64,000 bases of DNA, taken from NCBI GenBank assembly GCA_002928495.1, contig PERF01000001.1, positions 5,992-69,991 on the forward strand, written 5' to 3'. This stretch comes from Methylobacter sp. (GTDB taxonomy: Bacteria; Pseudomonadota; Gammaproteobacteria; Methylococcales; Methylomonadaceae). Shown here piece by piece: positions 1 through 10,361 of this stretch; within the stretch, counting starts at the first letter, position 1; each line of letters starts with the position of its first letter. Under the pieces are notes generated by a model that worked only from the letters and a program-made list of their open reading frames with translations, ran no database searches and was not told the origin of the DNA. A program made the position numbers and the translations under genes.

Positions 1-2
1 GC

Positions 3-728
3 ACGCCGTTAAGCGATCCTGACGCTTTTTATCGCAATTATGTCGATATGCAAGACGATCCCAACACGCTGGATCGTAAAACTTTAATGCTTACCGCCAT
101 TTATAAATTCGCCCGGCATGAATGGGTAGGCATAAAAGGCGCTTGGGATGTCGTGCCGAATATGGCAAATTCGCATAGCGTTGAAGACAAAATCAGCCGT
201 GTACACTTGGCGGAAGAGTTTTGCCATGTTCGCTTGTTTGACGAGATGCTGCGAACTTGCGGTTTGGATAAAGTCGAATGGGTGCCGTTAAGCCCGTTTA
301 AAGAGAAGATCTACGAGCAGTTTCCCAAACTTCCCGGTTTTTTAATGGATGCGCCAGCTTTTGTAACCGAATTAATGGGTGTCACTTTTTATTGCCATTT
401 GTATAAAGTTTTTGACGATGTTCTGGCAGACGAGCCTGAAGTCCGCGACCGTTTGAAAGCCATTTTGGATGAAATAACCGTGGATGAGATTGCCCATGTA
501 GGCCAAAGAAGGAATTTTTTAGGTCCGATAGCTGTTAATATTTCGCATTGGCTGGTTAAACCGCTTTATACCTTGTTCTTTCAGGATATTCCTGAAGTGG
601 CTTTGTTGTTTGATACCAAAGCCATGATCAAAGACGGTTTGGCGTTTGATTTTAATGGTTTACCTGACTACATGCTGGAGCGTACCTGGATTCCTAGCTA
701 TTGCCAGCCCTTGGGAAATCAAGCCTGA
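3..728 (+). CDS. ferritin-like diiron-carboxylate family protein, probably truncated at the 5-prime end by the window edge
   Basis: The frame is open from base 3, with no stop before ATG 48. Two ExxH motifs (HLAEEFCH and VDEIAH) lie roughly 90 aa apart, as in four-helix-bundle diiron proteins. The family call is from motif memory only. Confidence 0.45.
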   Translation, partial: TPLSDPDAFYRNYVDMQDDPNTLDRKTLMLTAIYKFARHEWVGIKGAWDVVPNMANSHSVEDKISRVHLAEEFCHVRLFDEMLRTCGLDKVEWVPLSPFKEKIYEQFPKLPGFLMDAPAFVTELMGVTFYCHLYKVFDDVLADEPEVRDRLKAILDEITVDEIAHVGQRRNFLGPIAVNISHWLVKPLYTLFFQDIPEVALLFDTKAMIKDGLAFDFNGLPDYMLERTWIPSYCQPLGNQA

Positions 729-776
729 CAAAATTAACATCGTTTTTATTAAGACTCGTTGAGTCATACGTTTGCT

Positions 777-1544
777 ATGTTTTTAGTACCTGGTTTCATC
801 GAAAGATTTTTGCACCGCATGGCTTCCCCGCCGCATTTTTATGCGATAACCGAGCGCTTAATGCCGTGGCTATGGGGAATCTTTTCATTGCTATTGCTGT
901 CCGGGCTGTATAGTGGTTTGTTTTTAGCGCCGCCCGATTACCAGCAAGGTGAGAGCTACCGTATCATTTTTATCCATGTGCCCAGTGCCTGGATGTCGTT
1001 GTTTATCTATTCTGTCATGGCTATGGCTGGCGCGATTGCCTTGGTCTGGCGCATTAAACTGGCGGAAGTTGTCGCCATCAGTAGTGCGCCCGTCGGCGCG
1101 GGCTTCACTTTTATTGCTTTGGTGACCGGCTCTTTATGGGGCAAACCGATGTGGGGCACGTGGTGGGTTTGGGATGCCAGACTGACGTCGGAATTGATTC
1201 TGTTATTTTTGTATTTGGGCGTGATCGGGTTATACAACGCCATAGACGATAAGCGTTCCGCCTCCCGTGCGGTAGCTATTTTGGCGCTGGTCGGTGTCGT
1301 CAATATTCCCATTATTCATTATTCGGTGGAGTGGTGGAGCACCCTGCATCAAGGGCCAACGGTTACTAAATTGGATAAGCCTTCGATTCATGTCAGCATG
1401 CTGATTCCTTTATTAATCATGGCGGTAGCTTTTAAGTTTTATTATTTGATCGCAATGCTGCAACGTGCCAAAACCGAAGTTTTAGTTAGAGAGCAAAACG
1501 CGCAATGGGTGAAGTCTATGACCGAGCAGGAGCTGGCATCATGA
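777..1544 (+). CDS. ccmC: heme exporter protein CcmC
   Basis: Polytopic protein with the Trp-rich WGKPMWGTWWVWDARLTSE (WWD) motif. It is the first gene of a ccm array. The start is either ATG 777 or TTG 759. Confidence 0.93.
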   Translation: MFLVPGFIERFLHRMASPPHFYAITERLMPWLWGIFSLLLLSGLYSGLFLAPPDYQQGESYRIIFIHVPSAWMSLFIYSVMAMAGAIALVWRIKLAEVVAISSAPVGAGFTFIALVTGSLWGKPMWGTWWVWDARLTSELILLFLYLGVIGLYNAIDDKRSASRAVAILALVGVVNIPIIHYSVEWWSTLHQGPTVTKLDKPSIHVSMLIPLLIMAVAFKFYYLIAMLQRAKTEVLVREQNAQWVKSMTEQELAS

Positions 1545-1705
1545 ATTGGCAAGCTTTTTTTGCTATGGGCGGGTATGCGTTTTATGTCTGGACGGCCTAC
1601 GGGATAACCTTTTTGGTGCTTGCGCTAAATGTCGTCATACCCATGGTGCAACGGCGCCAGTTTCTACGCCATCTGGCAATGAAACAGAAAAGGCAGCGTT
1701 TATGA
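1541..1705 (+). CDS. ccmD: heme exporter protein CcmD
   Basis: Short single-TM protein (MNWQAFFAMGGYAFYVWTAYG...). ATG 1541 overlaps the ccmC stop as ATGA, and it sits between ccmC and ccmE. Confidence 0.85.
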   Translation: MNWQAFFAMGGYAFYVWTAYGITFLVLALNVVIPMVQRRQFLRHLAMKQKRQRL

Positions 1706-2142
1706 AGCCGGCCAGAAGACAACGCCTGATGCTGATTGGTCTCATGGTTGCAGGCGTGGGTTTAGCAGCGGGTTTTGCGTTGAAGTCGTTTAATGAAAAC
1801 TTGATGTATTTTTTTTCGACCACCGACGTGGCCGACGGCAAAGCACCTAACGATGCGTTATTCCGAATCGGTGGTTTGGTGGTTAAAGGTAGCGTCGAAC
1901 GCCCGCAAGGATTACTGGTGCGTTTTAAATTAACCGATTTCAATAAGGATGTTTGGGTGGAATATACCGGCATTTTGCCGGATTTATTCCGTGAGGGCCA
2001 AGGTATTGTTGCCAGAGGGCGTTTAAACGGGCAAGGTGTATTTGTCGCCGAAGAAGTACTGGCAAAACATGACGAAAATTATATGCCGCCGGAAGTTGCG
2101 AGCAGTTTAAAAAACCAAAGTCAATCCGGCGCGGGGCAATAA
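1702..2142 (+). CDS. ccmE: cytochrome c maturation heme chaperone CcmE
   Basis: N-terminal TM anchor followed by the LAKHDENYMPPE heme-binding His motif. There is an ATGA overlap with ccmD. Confidence 0.93.
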   Translation: MKPARRQRLMLIGLMVAGVGLAAGFALKSFNENLMYFFSTTDVADGKAPNDALFRIGGLVVKGSVERPQGLLVRFKLTDFNKDVWVEYTGILPDLFREGQGIVARGRLNGQGVFVAEEVLAKHDENYMPPEVASSLKNQSQSGAGQ

Positions 2143-2144
2143 AT

Positions 2145-4100
2145 ATGGTTCCTGAACTAGGGCATTTCGCTTTGATTATGTCGCTGTGCATGGCTGTGGT
2201 GCTTGGCACTGTGCCGTTTGCCGGTGCAAGTAGAGCGATTGCCGGCTGGATTGCCATAGCCAGGCCAGCCGCCTTCGGTTTATTGCTGTTTATGGCGCTA
2301 GCCTATGGTTGTTTGACGTACAGCTTTATTGTGCATGATTTTTCCATAGCCTATGTAGCGGAAAACTCCAATACCGCCTTACCGTTTATCTATCTGGTTT
2401 CCGGCGTTTGGGGCGCACACGAAGGCTCTTTGCTGCTCTGGGCGTTGGTGCTGTCTTGCTGGATTGGTTTGGTGGCCGGTTTCAGCCGGCAGATACCTCA
2501 GGTCACGGTGGCGCGGATTTTAGGGGTGATGGGCTTGGTTGCGGTCGGCTTTATTTTGTTTTTGCTGTTCACTTCCAACCCTTTTCAACGCTTATTTCCC
2601 ATTCCCGAAGAAGGCCATGATTTGAATCCGCTATTGCAGGATCCCGGTTTGGCGATTCATCCGCCTATGCTGTATATGGGCTATGTCGGTTTTTCGGTTG
2701 CCTTCGCTTTTGCCATAGCGGCTTTACTGGAAGGTAAGCTGGATTCGGCCTGGGCACGTTGGTCCAGGCCGTGGACCAATATTGCCTGGATGTTTCTGAC
2801 ATTGGGAATTGCGTTGGGCAGCTGGTGGGCTTATTACGAACTTGGCTGGGGCGGCTGGTGGTTTTGGGATCCGGTGGAGAACGCGTCATTTATGCCTTGG
2901 TTGGTTGGCACGGCGTTACTGCATTCTTTGGCGGCTACGGAAAAACGCGGCGTGTTCAAGACTTGGACCGTGCTGTTGGCGATATTCGCGTTTTCCTTAA
3001 GTTTGCTAGGCACTTTTCTGGTTCGCTCAGGCGTGCTGACATCCGTCCATGCATTTGCCAGCGATCCGGCGCGCGGATTGTTTATTCTAGCGTTTTTAGC
3101 CGTAGTCGTTGGCGGCTCGTTGCTGCTGTATGCCATAAGAGCGCCCCATGTGAAAAGCAGCGCCAGCTTTGATCCGGTTTCCAGAGAATCGGTGATTCTG
3201 CTCAATAACGTGCTGTTGGTCGTTGCTGCCGCCAGCATTCTGCTCGGTACACTATACCCGTTGGTAGTTGATGCCATGGGTTTGGGGAAAATATCGGTCG
3301 GGCCGCCTTATTTTAATAGTGTCTTCATTCCATTGACGGCGCCTTTGACGGTTGTTGTCGGTCTGGGAGTGCTGTTGCGCTGGAAACGCGACAGTGTTGC
3401 CAGAATAGCGCTGTCGCTGCGTTTAGTCGCCACAGCAAGTTTATCGATCGGTTTGTTGCTGCCTTTACTCATGCCGTTTTATTCCTGGCAGGCTGCGATT
3501 GGCAGTACTTTGGCTGCGTGGACCGTGTTGATTTCAATGCTGGGGTTTCAGGAACGCTTGGGTAAGAACAAGTTCAGCTTTAGCAGGCTGGCTAAAATTC
3601 CCACCGGCTTTTACGGTATGACTTTAGCCCATATCGGCATTGCTGTATTTGTGATAGGTATTACTTTTACCAGCGTTTACAGCATAGAAAAAGATGTACG
3701 CATGGCGCCGGGCGATGAGCTGAATATGTCCGGCTACATCTTCAAATTTAACGGGGTTAAAAAAACCATGGGCCCCAATTACGAAGCCCAGCAAGGATCA
3801 CTGACGGTGATGCACAATGGTTTGGATGTTGCCGACTTAGCGCCGCAAAAACGGGTTTACCGCGTTAAGTCCATGCCCATGACCGAAGCAGCCATCGATG
3901 CCGGAATGCTTAGGGATTTGTTTGTCGCCATCGGCGAACCTTTGGATAAACAAGGCGGTTGGAGCCTGAGAGTCTACTATAAATCCTGTATACGTTGGAT
4001 TTGGCTGGGTGCTTTGCTGATGGCAGCGGGCGGTTTGTGCGCGGCATTTGATAAACGTTACCGCCTGGAAATTAAACAACCCACAGAAGCCGATGTTTAA
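2145..4100 (+). CDS. ccmF: cytochrome c heme lyase subunit CcmF
   Basis: 651 aa polytopic protein with the WGGWWFWDPVENASFMPW WWD motif, in the expected position after ccmE. Confidence 0.95.
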   Translation: MVPELGHFALIMSLCMAVVLGTVPFAGASRAIAGWIAIARPAAFGLLLFMALAYGCLTYSFIVHDFSIAYVAENSNTALPFIYLVSGVWGAHEGSLLLWALVLSCWIGLVAGFSRQIPQVTVARILGVMGLVAVGFILFLLFTSNPFQRLFPIPEEGHDLNPLLQDPGLAIHPPMLYMGYVGFSVAFAFAIAALLEGKLDSAWARWSRPWTNIAWMFLTLGIALGSWWAYYELGWGGWWFWDPVENASFMPWLVGTALLHSLAATEKRGVFKTWTVLLAIFAFSLSLLGTFLVRSGVLTSVHAFASDPARGLFILAFLAVVVGGSLLLYAIRAPHVKSSASFDPVSRESVILLNNVLLVVAAASILLGTLYPLVVDAMGLGKISVGPPYFNSVFIPLTAPLTVVVGLGVLLRWKRDSVARIALSLRLVATASLSIGLLLPLLMPFYSWQAAIGSTLAAWTVLISMLGFQERLGKNKFSFSRLAKIPTGFYGMTLAHIGIAVFVIGITFTSVYSIEKDVRMAPGDELNMSGYIFKFNGVKKTMGPNYEAQQGSLTVMHNGLDVADLAPQKRVYRVKSMPMTEAAIDAGMLRDLFVAIGEPLDKQGGWSLRVYYKSCIRWIWLGALLMAAGGLCAAFDKRYRLEIKQPTEADV

Positions 4101-4626
4101 ATTTGCGATTCCATTGCTTGTTTTTATCGCGCTGGCAGTGTTTTTAGCGATAGGGTTGAGTCTGAATCCCCGCGAAATTCCTTCCCCTTTGATTGGCAAG
4201 CCCGCGCCGGTATTTTCCGCGCCTAAATTGCACGAGCCCGACGCCACGTTGTCGCCGGTTGATTTGAAGGGCCGGGTATGGTTGCTTAATGTGTGGGCAT
4301 CTTGGTGCATTTCCTGCCGGGCCGAGCACCCGGTATTGAATCGGTTTGCCCAACAAAAAAAAATCTATATGGTTGGTTTGAATTACAAAGATGAAACCAG
4401 TGACGCCAAAAATTGGCTGAATCAATTGGGTAATCCGTATGATGTCAGCGTTGTCGATCAGGATGGCCGTATTGGAATTGATTGGGGGGTATACGGCGTG
4501 CCGGAAACTTTTATCGTCGATAAAAACGGTTTGATCCGTTACAAGCACACCGGCCCGGTGACTGCCGAGGACCTGGAAATCAAACTGCTGCCGCTGATTT
4601 CCCAATTACAAGGAGAGCCGGTATGA
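4093..4626 (+). CDS. ccmG: thiol:disulfide interchange protein CcmG/DsbE
   Basis: N-terminal TM and a thioredoxin motif WASWCISCRAEHP. ATG 4093 overlaps the end of ccmF. Confidence 0.92.
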   Translation: MFKFAIPLLVFIALAVFLAIGLSLNPREIPSPLIGKPAPVFSAPKLHEPDATLSPVDLKGRVWLLNVWASWCISCRAEHPVLNRFAQQKKIYMVGLNYKDETSDAKNWLNQLGNPYDVSVVDQDGRIGIDWGVYGVPETFIVDKNGLIRYKHTGPVTAEDLEIKLLPLISQLQGEPV

Positions 4627-5078
4627 AATACTTGGCACTCGGCTTGTTTCTATGGGCAAGCTCCGTGTTTGCCGGTGTCGAATATCGGCAATTCAGCAAC
4701 GACGACCAGCGCGAGACCTACGAAAACTTAATTTCCGAGTTACGCTGTCTAGTTTGTCAAAATCAAAACATCGCCGACTCAAATGCGGATTTGGCCGCCG
4801 ATTTGCGCCAACAAGTTTATCAAATGGTGCAACAAGGTAAAACCAAGCAGGACATCAAGAACTTTATGACCGACCGTTATGGCGATTTTGTTTTATATAA
4901 TCCGCCTTTTAAAACCAAAACCGGCTTACTTTGGCTTGCCCCGGTGCTTTTGTTGGCACTCGGTTTAATCTCAGTGTTTGTTTACATTCGCAATAAAAGA
5001 AAGCAATTGCCTGAGCCGATGGAACCCGAACAATTACAAAAAATCCACCGTTTACTAGAAGAGGATGACCGGCTTTGA
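4623..5078 (+). CDS. ccmH: cytochrome c-type biogenesis protein CcmH
   Basis: Signal peptide, LRCLVCQNQ (LRCxxC) motif and a C-terminal TM. There is an ATGA overlap with ccmG. Confidence 0.9.
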   Translation: MKYLALGLFLWASSVFAGVEYRQFSNDDQRETYENLISELRCLVCQNQNIADSNADLAADLRQQVYQMVQQGKTKQDIKNFMTDRYGDFVLYNPPFKTKTGLLWLAPVLLLALGLISVFVYIRNKRKQLPEPMEPEQLQKIHRLLEEDDRL

Positions 5079-6322
5079 TGGTTTATTTTTGGCTTATGGT
5101 CAGCCTGATGGTTGGCGTTGCTTTGGCTATTTTGCTGCCGCCGTTATGGCGCGAACGGGCGTTAACGTTAAATAATCATAATTCCGACAATGTATTAATC
5201 GCAAGACACAGGCTAGCGGAATTAAAAGAACAATTACAGGCCGGCTTGTTAACACAAAATCAATATAGCGAACAGTTAAATGAACTGGAAGCAAATTTGG
5301 GCCACGACTTATCCGGCGAGCCCGAGTTTAAACCGGCGTCCGACCAAGGCCGCTGGCTTGCCCTGATTGTCGCTTTCGTGCTGCCTTTAACCGCGTTGGC
5401 GCTTTACGCAGGGTTAGGTAATTACGATTATTTGCTGAGAGCTAAAGAAGACAATGCCGCCAGCCAACATGAGATGAATGATGTCAACAAGGCTGTGGCC
5501 AGCCTTGAACAGCATTTGCAAGTGATGCCTGACGATACGGAAGGCTGGATAATGCTGGGCAAAGCCTATAAATACTTGAAAGAATTTAAAAAAGCAGCAG
5601 ATGCCATGGCGCGTGCTTATGAATTATCGCCGGATCAGGCCGAGACGGCATTGCTTTATGCCGATGCCATTGTTAACCGACAAGACGGGGATTTGGCCGG
5701 TAAACCAGTGGAGTTGATATTTAAAGCCTTGGATCTGGAGCCTCAAAATCCGCGCGCGCTATGGTTGGCTGGTTTAAGCAAGGTGCAAACAGGCGATTTG
5801 CCAATTGCCGCAACTTTGTGGCGGCAATTGGCGGGGTTACTGCCACAAGGATCTGAAGCACAACAGGAAATCAATGATTTGCTGGCAAAGTTAGACCAGC
5901 AAATTGCCGGTACCGGATCGGCAGGTGCTGGGAGCACGGCGGCCAATTCAGCCCCTTCCAAGCCGACTCAAACGGATAAAAGCTTGATGGTGGAAGTCCG
6001 GCTGGATTCAAAGCTTGAGCGAATGATACAGCCGAATGACACGCTTTATCTGTATGCGCAGGCTTTAAACGGCCCGCCGCTACCGTTGGCAATCGTACGC
6101 AAAAAAGCCTCGGATATGCCGTTTAAAGCGGTTCTGGATGATACCAGCGCCATGACTAAGGATATGAAGCTATCGAATTATGACCAAGTAAGACTGATTG
6201 CCAGGGTCTCTAAGTCCGGTGACGCCAAGGCGCATCCGGGCGATTTACAAGGCATGCTTGAGCCTGTGAACGTGGCGGCAAACACGCTATATCCGATCAT
6301 TATCGATCAAATTGTAAAATAA
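5078..6322 (+). CDS. ccmI: c-type cytochrome biogenesis protein CcmI (TPR protein)
   Basis: Two TM segments followed by TPR-like repeats (WIMLGKAYKYLKEFKKAADAMARAYEL). ATG 5078 abuts the ccmH stop. Confidence 0.85.
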   Translation: MVYFWLMVSLMVGVALAILLPPLWRERALTLNNHNSDNVLIARHRLAELKEQLQAGLLTQNQYSEQLNELEANLGHDLSGEPEFKPASDQGRWLALIVAFVLPLTALALYAGLGNYDYLLRAKEDNAASQHEMNDVNKAVASLEQHLQVMPDDTEGWIMLGKAYKYLKEFKKAADAMARAYELSPDQAETALLYADAIVNRQDGDLAGKPVELIFKALDLEPQNPRALWLAGLSKVQTGDLPIAATLWRQLAGLLPQGSEAQQEINDLLAKLDQQIAGTGSAGAGSTAANSAPSKPTQTDKSLMVEVRLDSKLERMIQPNDTLYLYAQALNGPPLPLAIVRKKASDMPFKAVLDDTSAMTKDMKLSNYDQVRLIARVSKSGDAKAHPGDLQGMLEPVNVAANTLYPIIIDQIVK

Positions 6323-6355
6323 CTGCCGGGTTCGGTTTGATTTGAATTTCCCGCT

Positions 6356-7090
6356 ATGCAACGTGACCGTATTTTTGAAGACATAACCCGCGCCGAAGAT
6401 TTTGTTTTCGACGAAAAAGTAGCGGCGGTTTTTGATGACATGGTTGCGCGTAGCGTGCCTTTTTATCAAGAAATTCAGCGCTTGCAAGCCGGCATGGCGG
6501 TCAATTTCCTACCGCGGCAAAATGGCCTAGTCTGCGACTTCGGCTGCTCTACCGGCACCACAATTGAAGCTATCATCCAGCATCCCGGCTGTCCGGAAAC
6601 CTCCCGCTTTATCGGCTTCGACAATTCCCAACCCATGTTGGATAAAGCGGCGGACAAATTACAAACCGCCATGGAGCAAGGGCGCGTAAACTTGCAACGT
6701 GCGGATTTATGTGCTCTGCCGGCTTTACCGGAATGCCATGTTGCGGTGTTAAATTGGACTTTGCAATTTGTAAGACCCATAGATAGAGAACAACTTTTAA
6801 CAACTGTTTACCAGGCGCTTGCCGATGGCGGCATCCTGTTGCTTTCTGAAAAAATCTTAAGCCACGATAGCGGCTTAAACCGGCTTTACATCGATTGCTA
6901 TTTGCACTATAAAAAATCGCTAAGCGGTTATTCCGATACCGAAAATCAGCGTAAACGGGAAGCATTGGAAAATGTCTTGATACCTTTCCGCCTTGATGAA
7001 AATATCAAGTTGCTGGAGCGCGCCGGATTTACCCGTATCGATTGTTATTTCCGTTGGTTAAATTTTCTCTGTTTGATTGCGGTTAAATAG
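6356..7090 (+). CDS. cmoA: carboxy-S-adenosyl-L-methionine synthase CmoA
   Basis: Collinear with E. coli CmoA as recalled: FVFDEKVAAVFDDMVARSVPFYQE, DFGCSTG, LNWTLQFV and the C-terminal FLCLIAVK. Confidence 0.9.
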   Translation: MQRDRIFEDITRAEDFVFDEKVAAVFDDMVARSVPFYQEIQRLQAGMAVNFLPRQNGLVCDFGCSTGTTIEAIIQHPGCPETSRFIGFDNSQPMLDKAADKLQTAMEQGRVNLQRADLCALPALPECHVAVLNWTLQFVRPIDREQLLTTVYQALADGGILLLSEKILSHDSGLNRLYIDCYLHYKKSLSGYSDTENQRKREALENVLIPFRLDENIKLLERAGFTRIDCYFRWLNFLCLIAVK

Positions 7091-7095
7091 CCTCA

Positions 7096-7488
7096 ATGCC
7101 TTTGAACTTAAACCGCTTATTCGTTTATGGTTCGCTTAAGCGAGGCACTGACCATCCCATGCACAAACGCATGCTGCGTTTTTGCAGTTTTCTGGAGCCG
7201 GCCCGGATGCAAGGTTACTTGTATCAGCTGGAAGGTTATCCCGGCGCTGTTCAAACGGGTGATGACCAATGGATACAAGGCGAACTTTACCGGATTGAGC
7301 AAGCGGTAGGATTGTTTGACCTGCTGGATGGTTACGAGGAATGTTCCAAGGCTTTCGAACCACCCCATGAATACACCCGTGAAGCCGTTGAAGTGATAAC
7401 CGAATCAGGGCAACAACTGAGAGCTTGGGTTTATCTTTACAATTTTTCTATTACCGGGCGTCAACGCATTGCGTCGGGGTGTTACTAA
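7096..7488 (+). CDS. gamma-glutamylcyclotransferase (AIG2/GGACT-like) family protein
   Basis: N-terminal LFVYGSLKRG motif and a size of 130 aa, both typical of the GGCT-like fold. Confidence 0.75.
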   Translation: MPLNLNRLFVYGSLKRGTDHPMHKRMLRFCSFLEPARMQGYLYQLEGYPGAVQTGDDQWIQGELYRIEQAVGLFDLLDGYEECSKAFEPPHEYTREAVEVITESGQQLRAWVYLYNFSITGRQRIASGCY

Positions 7489-8035
7489 GCTAATCGTGAT
7501 ATTCAGAATCGCATTTTTATTGTTTTTAAGCTCATTGCCATTATTTTTAACAACGGAAGCGTTAATGTTTTGGCAAATGACTACGCTGGCTGAAATAACT
7601 AGTCAACTGGCAAGCTTTATGTTGTTGTTAGCTTTGGTTTTAGTGGTTTCGGCAGGTTTTTTTATGATGTCAAAATCTGCCGCAGTTTCATTGCGGATGT
7701 TTTTTTCCAAGCCTAAGCGTTGGGCCAGACGATTGCTTTTTTTACGGAACAGGGCGGAACTGCTAACACAAAAAAAGTATTTTCAACGCCGGCAAATTCA
7801 ATATTTTGCCGATATGAAAAGGCGGCATTTGTTGGAACAGGATAATAAAAAGCAATGCCAAGTGCTTGCCAAAATTATTCGGCGCGATCTTTTCCTGCAA
7901 AAATACCGGCTAACCCAATCCGACTTTAAGCAATTGCAAGCCATGAATAAAAGCTATTGCAAACAACGCAATGTGTCGGCTTTAATTGCATTGCAACAAA
8001 AATTGGCGAATGAACATTATGCCGCTGATAAGTAA
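7469..8035 (+). CDS. hypothetical membrane protein with a very basic K/R/Q-rich tail
   Basis: The ORF has one or two hydrophobic helices followed by a charged tail, and I recognise no family. The start is ambiguous among TTG 7469, GTG 7496 and ATG 7565. Confidence 0.4.
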   Translation: MRRGVTKLIVIFRIAFLLFLSSLPLFLTTEALMFWQMTTLAEITSQLASFMLLLALVLVVSAGFFMMSKSAAVSLRMFFSKPKRWARRLLFLRNRAELLTQKKYFQRRQIQYFADMKRRHLLEQDNKKQCQVLAKIIRRDLFLQKYRLTQSDFKQLQAMNKSYCKQRNVSALIALQQKLANEHYAADK

Positions 8036-8570
8036 CTTAGTCGCTAAAATTACCCGGATGTTGAATACCGTTAAAACAATGAATTTGGATTGGCGGCTGG
8101 AAAACCAGGATAAACTGGCGGCGCTAAAGCAGGCGCAAGCTTTAGCCGAAAAAGATCTGGAAATCGAGTTGAAGAAGCGTAGTGCCAGGTTGGAACACGA
8201 TTTAGCCCAGCTGAAAATTCAACACGATGCCGAATTGAGCGTATTAAAGATTAAATACAGCCAGGATGTGCAGGATTATAAAAACTATTTACTGGCCTTA
8301 GAGCAACTTAAGCGTTCAATTGAGGCTAGTTACAGCCATTTGCCCCAGGCGATGATTTTTGCCATTCACCACCATGCCAAGTTTTTACTGAACACCATGT
8401 GGGAAACCCAGGACTTTGCAGAACGCATCCGGCACGAAGTACGCCTGCTTAATTTTATGTCAACCGTGCATGAGGATGCACGGTTGTTTCTGGAAGGTGA
8501 TAGTGCTAAAAATTTGCCGCTAAAAACCTTGGGTTTGATCGAGGATAGCGGTAAAACCGATACCATTTAA
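8019..8570 (+). CDS. hypothetical coiled-coil protein
   Basis: Heptad-like charged sequence ([37 protein letters not shown]). It overlaps the end of the preceding ORF, and I recognise no family. Alternative starts are 7986 and 8010. Confidence 0.4.
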   Translation: MPLISNLVAKITRMLNTVKTMNLDWRLENQDKLAALKQAQALAEKDLEIELKKRSARLEHDLAQLKIQHDAELSVLKIKYSQDVQDYKNYLLALEQLKRSIEASYSHLPQAMIFAIHHHAKFLLNTMWETQDFAERIRHEVRLLNFMSTVHEDARLFLEGDSAKNLPLKTLGLIEDSGKTDTI

Positions 8571-10279
8571 GCCATTCGGGCTTGCAAAAAGCCGATCAGC
8601 TCGGGTAGAGGGATTTCCATAGTTGCTTCTTGATTTCTGGCTTTATATTCCGCCGTATTTGTGTCCAAGCCTCGGTCGCCTAGTACCACACGATGCGGAA
8701 TGCCGATTAACTCGATATCGGAAAACATAAAGCCGGCACGCACCTTGCGGTCGTCAAACAACACCTCTATGCCTGCCTTGAGCATATCCTGATAGATTTG
8801 TTCCGCCGCAGCTTGCAAGCGTTCCGATTTGTGCAGGTTCATCGGGCATAAAGCCACCTGGAACGGCGCCAGACTGAGCGGCCAGATTATGCCTTTGTCA
8901 TCGTGATTTTGCTCGATGGCGGCGGCAACCACGCGCGAAACGCCGATACCGTAACAGCCCATAATCATGGTTTGGTTTTTACCGTCTTCGTTAACGATGT
9001 CGGCTTTCATGGCCGCGCTGTATTTGGTGCCCAATTGGAAAATATGGCCTACCTCTATGCCGCGCGCCAGGGTAATTCGGCCCAAGCCATCCGGGCTGGG
9101 ATCACCTTCCACCACCGTGCGTATGTCGGCGATTTGCGAGGGCTCCGGTAAATCGCGCAGCCAATTGACACCGGTCAGGTGGTAACCGTCTTCGTTGGCG
9201 CCGCAGGCAAAATCCGCCAAAACCATCACGCTGTAGTCGGCAATGATGTTAATCGGCAGCCCAACCGGACCAATAGAGCCGGGTTTACAACCGCAAGCAG
9301 CGTCGATTTCCGCTTCGGTGGCAAATTGCAGCGGGGTGGCGATTGTATCCAGTTTTTCGGCTTTTATCTCATTGAGCTCATGGTCTCCGCGCAATAACAG
9401 TGCCACCAGACTGCCTGCTTCCGCACCCCGGACAATTAAGGTTTTAAGACACTGTTGCGGAGCAATATCCAGAAACCGGCAGACTTCTTCAATCGTGTGT
9501 TGATTAGGCGTGTGCAGGCGACTCATGGCTTGCTGCGGTTGCGCCCTGGCAGTATCAGGCGCCAACGCTTGGGCTTTTTCCACATTGGCGGCGTAAGCGC
9601 TTTCGGTGGAAAACGCGATAGCGTCTTCACCGGAGTCGGCCAACACATGAAACTCGTGCGACACGGCGCCGCCGATGGAGCCGGAATCGGCAATAACGGC
9701 GCGGAACTTTAACCCCAAGCGGTTGAAGACATTGCAGTAAGCCTGGTACATAACATTATAGGTTTGCTGCAGCGATTCCTGGGTTAAGTGAAACGAATAC
9801 GCATCTTTCATAATGAATTCTCGCGAGCGCATAATGCCGAACCGGGGCCGGATTTCATCGCGGAATTTGGTTTGGATCTGGTAATACATCAACGGCAGTT
9901 CTTTGTAACTTTTAATCTCGTTACGCGCCAGATCAGTGATGATTTCCTCATGCGTCGGCCCCAGGCAGAAATCGCGGTCGTGCCGGTCTTTCAAGCGTGC
10001 CAGTTCCGGGCCGTATTTTTCCCAGCGACCGGTTTCCTGCCAGAGTTCGGCGGGTTGTAAGGCTGGCATTAAAACTTCCAGGCCGCCCGCTTTATCCATT
10101 TCTTCGCGGGTTATTTTCTCCACTTTGCGCAGTACCCTTAATCCTAAAGGCAGCCACGTGTATAAACCGGCAGCCAACTTGCGTATGAGTCCGGCTCGAA
10201 GCATTAACTGGTGGCTGGCAATTTCGGCATCGGCCGGTGTTTCTTTGACAGTATTTAAGGGAAATTGGCTTGTGCGCAT
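8567..10279 (-). CDS. proS: proline--tRNA ligase
   Basis: 570 aa bacterial-type ProRS with an insertion (editing) domain. The N-terminus is [44 protein letters not shown]. Confidence 0.96.
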   Translation of the reverse strand: MRTSQFPLNTVKETPADAEIASHQLMLRAGLIRKLAAGLYTWLPLGLRVLRKVEKITREEMDKAGGLEVLMPALQPAELWQETGRWEKYGPELARLKDRHDRDFCLGPTHEEIITDLARNEIKSYKELPLMYYQIQTKFRDEIRPRFGIMRSREFIMKDAYSFHLTQESLQQTYNVMYQAYCNVFNRLGLKFRAVIADSGSIGGAVSHEFHVLADSGEDAIAFSTESAYAANVEKAQALAPDTARAQPQQAMSRLHTPNQHTIEEVCRFLDIAPQQCLKTLIVRGAEAGSLVALLLRGDHELNEIKAEKLDTIATPLQFATEAEIDAACGCKPGSIGPVGLPINIIADYSVMVLADFACGANEDGYHLTGVNWLRDLPEPSQIADIRTVVEGDPSPDGLGRITLARGIEVGHIFQLGTKYSAAMKADIVNEDGKNQTMIMGCYGIGVSRVVAAAIEQNHDDKGIIWPLSLAPFQVALCPMNLHKSERLQAAAEQIYQDMLKAGIEVLFDDRKVRAGFMFSDIELIGIPHRVVLGDRGLDTNTAEYKARNQEATMEIPLPELIGFLQARMA

Positions 10280-10361
10280 GGCGGTCTATACTGAGTAAAA
10301 AGGAATATTCTAGCGGCTAATTCAGCCTTTAGTCATCCACTGCATGTTGAAATAAAGACAC

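Noticed and set aside
4633-4647. A sigma54-like element TGGCAC-N5-TTGT
   Set aside because: It lies inside the first codons of ccmH, within a translationally coupled operon. No activator gene or intergenic context supports a promoter.
8903-10298. A series of plus-strand ORFs (63-120 aa) antisense to proS
   Set aside because: They lie entirely inside a strongly supported conserved gene on the other strand. Their translations are Arg/Gly/Ala-rich low-complexity sequence typical of antisense frames. The same applies to the shadow ORFs inside ccmF, lon, ppk1, sqr, pyk and the histidine kinase.
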